From: an uncultured Candidatus Binatia bacterium
Lineage (GTDB): Bacteria; Desulfobacterota; Binatia; UBA9968; JAJDTQ01
Assembly: GCA_965215605.1 (NCBI GenBank)
Contig: OZ244070.1
Coordinates: 800,001 to 864,000 of the forward strand
Direction: 5' to 3'
Length of the DNA stretch: 64,000 bases
In this document: piece by piece, positions 60,657 to 64,000 of the stretch
Layout: every line of letters starts with the position of its first letter
Numbering within the stretch: position 1 is the first letter of the stretch
Made by a program: the position numbers and the translations under genes
The notes under the pieces: generated by a model
What the model saw: the letters and a program-made list of their open reading frames with translations, nothing else
The model's database searches: none
What the model was told of the DNA's origin: nothing

Positions 60657-61594
60657 CCATACGCGACGCAATCGAGCAGTTCATCCTCTGGCGAAAGAGC
60701 CTTGGCGCGAAGTTTGTCACGAGCTCAGCCGTCCTTCGGCACTTCCTCAAGTGCATCGACGGCAGCGTCGGCTGTGACGAGGTCACGCGCGAACAGGTCC
60801 GCTCCTTCATCGCGGGCACCGGTCCCCTGACCCAATATCGCATCCGCAAGTACTCGGTGCTGGCCGGCTTCTACCGCTACGCCATCAGCCGCGGCTACGC
60901 GACCCGGTGGCCATTGCCCGACAACGAGCCGAAGAGGCCGCCGTCGACGCCGCCCTACGTATACTCCCGTGAGGAAGTGCGGTGTCTTCTCGACGGCCTT
61001 GAGCGCCCCGTCAGGCGCGCGCTGCAGCTCGACGCCGACACCATGCGCACGCTGATCCTTCTCCTCTACGGCGCCGGTCTGCGGACCTGCGAGGCCAGAG
61101 GTCTCACACTAACCGACGTCGACATCAGGGAGTCGGTGCTGACCGTGCGCCGCTCGAAGTTCTTCAAGACCCGGCTCGTTCCGGTCGGGCCGCAACTCGC
61201 CGGCGTTCTCGCAGGCTACGCCGGACGGCGTGCCGGCCGGCCGCTCCCGGAGGGCCGCAACTCGTCGTTCCTTGCGAACCGGGACGGAACGCCCCTGGTC
61301 AGGATAACGACGCAACACAGCTTCGCCCGGCTGCGCCGCCGCGTGGGAATCCATGGCGCCGAAGGTCGCCTGACTCCGGGCCTGCACTCGCTCAGGCACA
61401 CCTTCGCCGTCCACCGGGTCACCGCGTGGTACCGCGAGGGTGCCGACGTGCAACGGTTCTTACCGATGCTCTCCACGTACCTGGGCCACGCCCAGTTGTC
61501 CGACACGCAGGTCTACCTGTCGATGACGCCGGAACTTCTGCAGGAGGCGTCCCTGCGGCTGGAGCGCTATGCGCGGGGAGGCAACCATGCGTGA
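60653..61594 (+). CDS. Tyrosine recombinase RitB
   Basis: PYVYS, GLR..EA, SKFFKTR, HSLRHTFAV and LSTYLGH..T.VY motifs. Confidence 0.9.
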   Translation: MTIRDAIEQFILWRKSLGAKFVTSSAVLRHFLKCIDGSVGCDEVTREQVRSFIAGTGPLTQYRIRKYSVLAGFYRYAISRGYATRWPLPDNEPKRPPSTPPYVYSREEVRCLLDGLERPVRRALQLDADTMRTLILLLYGAGLRTCEARGLTLTDVDIRESVLTVRRSKFFKTRLVPVGPQLAGVLAGYAGRRAGRPLPEGRNSSFLANRDGTPLVRITTQHSFARLRRRVGIHGAEGRLTPGLHSLRHTFAVHRVTAWYREGADVQRFLPMLSTYLGHAQLSDTQVYLSMTPELLQEASLRLERYARGGNHA

Positions 61595-62582
61595 CATCAA
61601 CACCCTCGGTCCGTGGCTGGAGCGCTTCTTACTGGAGCACATCGTCACCGAGCGCAACCTAGCTCGCAACACACAGAAGAGCTACCGGGACACCTTCGCG
61701 TTGCTGGTGCCGTTCCTCGGCGGCAAGGCCCGGAAACCCGCCGACCGCTTGGCCGTGCGCGACCTCACGTCGGGGCACGTGCTGCAGTTCCTCGCCCACC
61801 TTGAGGAGGACCGCGGCTGCTCCGCGCAGACCCGCAACGTGCGGCTGACTGCAATCCGCGGGTTCGCCCGCTTCGTCGCCAGCCGCGATCCGACGCAGCT
61901 CGGATGGTGCGGGCAGATCCGCGCCATCCGCACCAAAAAGGCGATGCCGCAGCCAATCGCGTGGCTGACCCGGGAGGAAGTGGATGCAATGCTCGCGACA
62001 CCGGATCGCAAGACGTTGCGTGGACGAACGGAGCACGCCCTTCTCCTGTTTCTTTACAACACCGGAGCGCGCGTCTCGGAAGCCGCGCAGTTGACTGCCG
62101 GTGATCTGCAGATCGGCCGCGGCAACGGCCGCCACGCATTAGCGACGCTCTACGGCAAGGGCGGAAAGACCCGCCAGTGCCCGCTGTTGCCGGAGACCGA
62201 GCGCGTCCTCACTGACCTGATCCGCGGTTCGCTGGCCGACGATTCCGTGTTCCTCAGCAGGCACCGCAAGCCGTACACCCGGTTCGGGATCTACCGGCTC
62301 GTCGAGCGTTGTGCGGCGCAGATCCCGAGTCTGGCCGGCAGCAAGGTCACGCCTCACATGCTGAGGCACAGCATCGCCTGCCATTTGCTCCACGCAGGCG
62401 TGGACATCAACACCATACGCGCCTGGCTCGGCCACGCCCGCATCGACACCACCAACGTCTACGCCGAAATCGACGTGAACATGAAGGCCCGCGCCATCGC
62501 CCTGTGCGACCTGGTCGAACCGGGTCCGAGCCGGCCGTGGCGGGAAAACAAGGGCCTGATGGCCTTCCTACGGTCGTTATAG
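61587..62582 (+). CDS. Tyrosine recombinase RitC
   Basis: NT..SYRDTF, TRN.RL, YNTGARVSE, GKGGK.R, PHMLRHS and WLGH..DTTNVY motifs. Confidence 0.9.
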   Translation: MRDINTLGPWLERFLLEHIVTERNLARNTQKSYRDTFALLVPFLGGKARKPADRLAVRDLTSGHVLQFLAHLEEDRGCSAQTRNVRLTAIRGFARFVASRDPTQLGWCGQIRAIRTKKAMPQPIAWLTREEVDAMLATPDRKTLRGRTEHALLLFLYNTGARVSEAAQLTAGDLQIGRGNGRHALATLYGKGGKTRQCPLLPETERVLTDLIRGSLADDSVFLSRHRKPYTRFGIYRLVERCAAQIPSLAGSKVTPHMLRHSIACHLLHAGVDINTIRAWLGHARIDTTNVYAEIDVNMKARAIALCDLVEPGPSRPWRENKGLMAFLRSL

Positions 62583-62711
62583 AAGTCGGAAATTATGTTG
62601 CGGTGTGCGGGGTCATCTGCGCGGCAAAACAGCAAGATCCACGGACACCGCAACATAGTCCGGTACGCAACATTCGGTAGTGGGTGATTCTCCAGTGCAT
62701 GGCGTTCTTCC

Positions 62712-63746
62712 CTAATGCGTTTTGGCGGCGGCCCAGCGGATGAAGGCGGGCGAGTGTTGGAGCGTTGGGTTGCGGCGGGCGCACGCGCCGACCAGCGATT
62801 CGCCGACTTCCCGGCGAAGCCGCTGCGCGAAGGTGACGATGGCGTCCATGTTGACGTCGGAGGCGAGGCGGTAGAGAGAGCCGCAGAGGGCCATCAAGGC
62901 GCTTGCGTTGTCCGGAACCTCGGCGTTCTCCGGGTCGTTCAGGACCGCCCTCGGATGGGGCAACTCGCGCCAAACTTTCAGGAACGCCGAGAACTCGACG
63001 GCCGCGGCTTCGCCGACCGTGCCCCGGAACAGGGCAAGTTCGACCGCCGGACGGAGGCCGTTGTGGTTCTTGATGAGCTTGACGATGTTGCTGGCGAACT
63101 CCCAGGACCTCGGACACGGAAAGGCGCGCTCCCTGGACTGCGGGTCGAACTGGTGCAGGAGGTCCGGCCTGTACGTGATGAAGAACATCACCTCGGGCTC
63201 GATGCCGTTGGCCGCTCCCCATTCGCACCAGTCTGCCGCGTCCACGCGGACGTCGAGGTGGATGAAGCGGGAGGCCAGGGGCGTGGGCATGCGGTGCACG
63301 ACCCCGCGGTCCGTCTCCCGGTTGCCGCAGGCGATCAGCGACGCGCCTTCGGGCAGCTTGTAGTCACCGATCTTGCGGTCGAGCACGAACTGGTAGAGCG
63401 CCGCCTGGACCATCGGGACCGCGGACGGCAACTCTTCGAGGTTGATGAGCCAGCGCCCGGGATCGTCGGACGGCGGCAGGAAATTGGGCGTGGCCCAGCG
63501 CGTGCGGTCGGTGTTGTCGCGCCAGGGGATGCCGCGGAGATCGACGGGTTCGAGCAGCAACGCCCGGATGTCGACGTATTGGCGGTTGGATGCCGCGGCG
63601 ACCTGCCGGGCGATCTGGCTCTTGGCGGCCCCGGGCGGTCCCCAGACGATGGACGGTTGGCGGGCCTCGACCAGGAGAGCGAGCGTCTCGGCGAGATCGT
63701 TCGGGGGCAGCGTGTAGTCGGCGGACATCTTGTCGGGAACGGTCAT
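62712..63746 (-). CDS. MoxR-like AAA+ ATPase
   Basis: WGPPGAAKS, DLRGIP, LEEL, AALYQ..LDR, ACGNR..D and RF..PRSW motifs; GGAGG RBS before ATG 63746. Confidence 0.88.
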   Translation of the reverse strand: MTVPDKMSADYTLPPNDLAETLALLVEARQPSIVWGPPGAAKSQIARQVAAASNRQYVDIRALLLEPVDLRGIPWRDNTDRTRWATPNFLPPSDDPGRWLINLEELPSAVPMVQAALYQFVLDRKIGDYKLPEGASLIACGNRETDRGVVHRMPTPLASRFIHLDVRVDAADWCEWGAANGIEPEVMFFITYRPDLLHQFDPQSRERAFPCPRSWEFASNIVKLIKNHNGLRPAVELALFRGTVGEAAAVEFSAFLKVWRELPHPRAVLNDPENAEVPDNASALMALCGSLYRLASDVNMDAIVTFAQRLRREVGESLVGACARRNPTLQHSPAFIRWAAAKTH

Positions 63747-64000
63747 GGACAACCTCCGTGTGGCGGGAAATCGGAGCGGCGCGGACGCCCTCGAAGACCG
63801 CCGGCCGCGCCCTCGCCGGTCGCCGGCCTCGAACTCCATGGGCTGGACCGCAGGTTGCCGTGAGGGTGTAGGGGTGGTGGCGGAACCGCCGTCAGGCGGT
63901 CTCTCGGGCGGCGCTGGCGCCGCCGGGGAGGTAGGCCAACCGGCCGACGCGGACCCGGTCGAGCCAGGCGCCGGAGCGGGCCGCGGGGTCGCCGTCGCGA

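Larger units (their letters stand above)
59239..62675 (+). mobile_element. RIT (recombinase-in-trio) element
   Basis: Three overlapping tyrosine recombinase genes; terminal inverted repeats built from ATGTTGCG motifs; flanked by GGTAGT at 59233-59238 and 62676-62681. Confidence 0.92.
59123..62700 (-). pseudogene. 44-aa ORF split by the RIT element (62700-62676 joined to 59232-59123)
   Basis: Removing the RIT and one GGTAGT copy restores MHWRITHYPAGDAPSVDYVVRARTLEAAKRKLAAALNVPVWTLR*, filling the gap between the AAA and DUF3150-like genes. Confidence 0.7.

Noticed and set aside
59403-62582. The three tyrosine recombinases as the integrase module of the conjugative element
   Set aside because: They have their own terminal repeats and interrupt a gene on the opposite strand, so they form an independent RIT passenger.

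Overview
High-GC bacterial DNA in four blocks. (1) 1-9.2 kb is a minus-strand defence-type island: DUF5131 (Gp37/Gp68-like) and TcmP pair, SNF2 helicase, DUF1156-type adenine methyltransferase, an EVE/PUA-like plus HsdR_N-type nuclease, and a DUF499 AAA+ ATPase. An IS3 element with no target duplication joins the helicase 5' part directly to the methylase 3' part. (2) 9.3-23.4 kb holds host metabolic genes: ornithine cyclodeaminase, amidohydrolase, TctCAB, lytic transglycosylase, 5'-nucleotidase, desuccinylase plus GCS2-CBS, 2-hydroxyacid dehydrogenase and a ChrR cupin. (3) 24-56 kb holds a ~2000-aa Calx-beta/FN3 autotransporter-like surface protein whose 5' end runs through 21 copies of an 8-bp repeat and is currently out of frame with its start codon (candidate phase variation). 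It is followed by an S24 repressor/HTH switch, a complete F-type tra operon with an unusually short TraN and a degenerate HD protein, a coupling protein, a MOBF relaxase and an AbiE toxin-antitoxin pair. (4) 56-64 kb is a minus-strand operon: MoxR-like AAA ATPase, a 44-aa gene split by a RIT element, a DUF3150-like protein, a VWA protein with a dead metallopeptidase motif, and two small ORFs bracketed by ~90-bp structured repeats. The left end of the RIT contains an inverted copy of what looks like its circle junction. All family assignments come from motif recognition by eye; no database searches were run.
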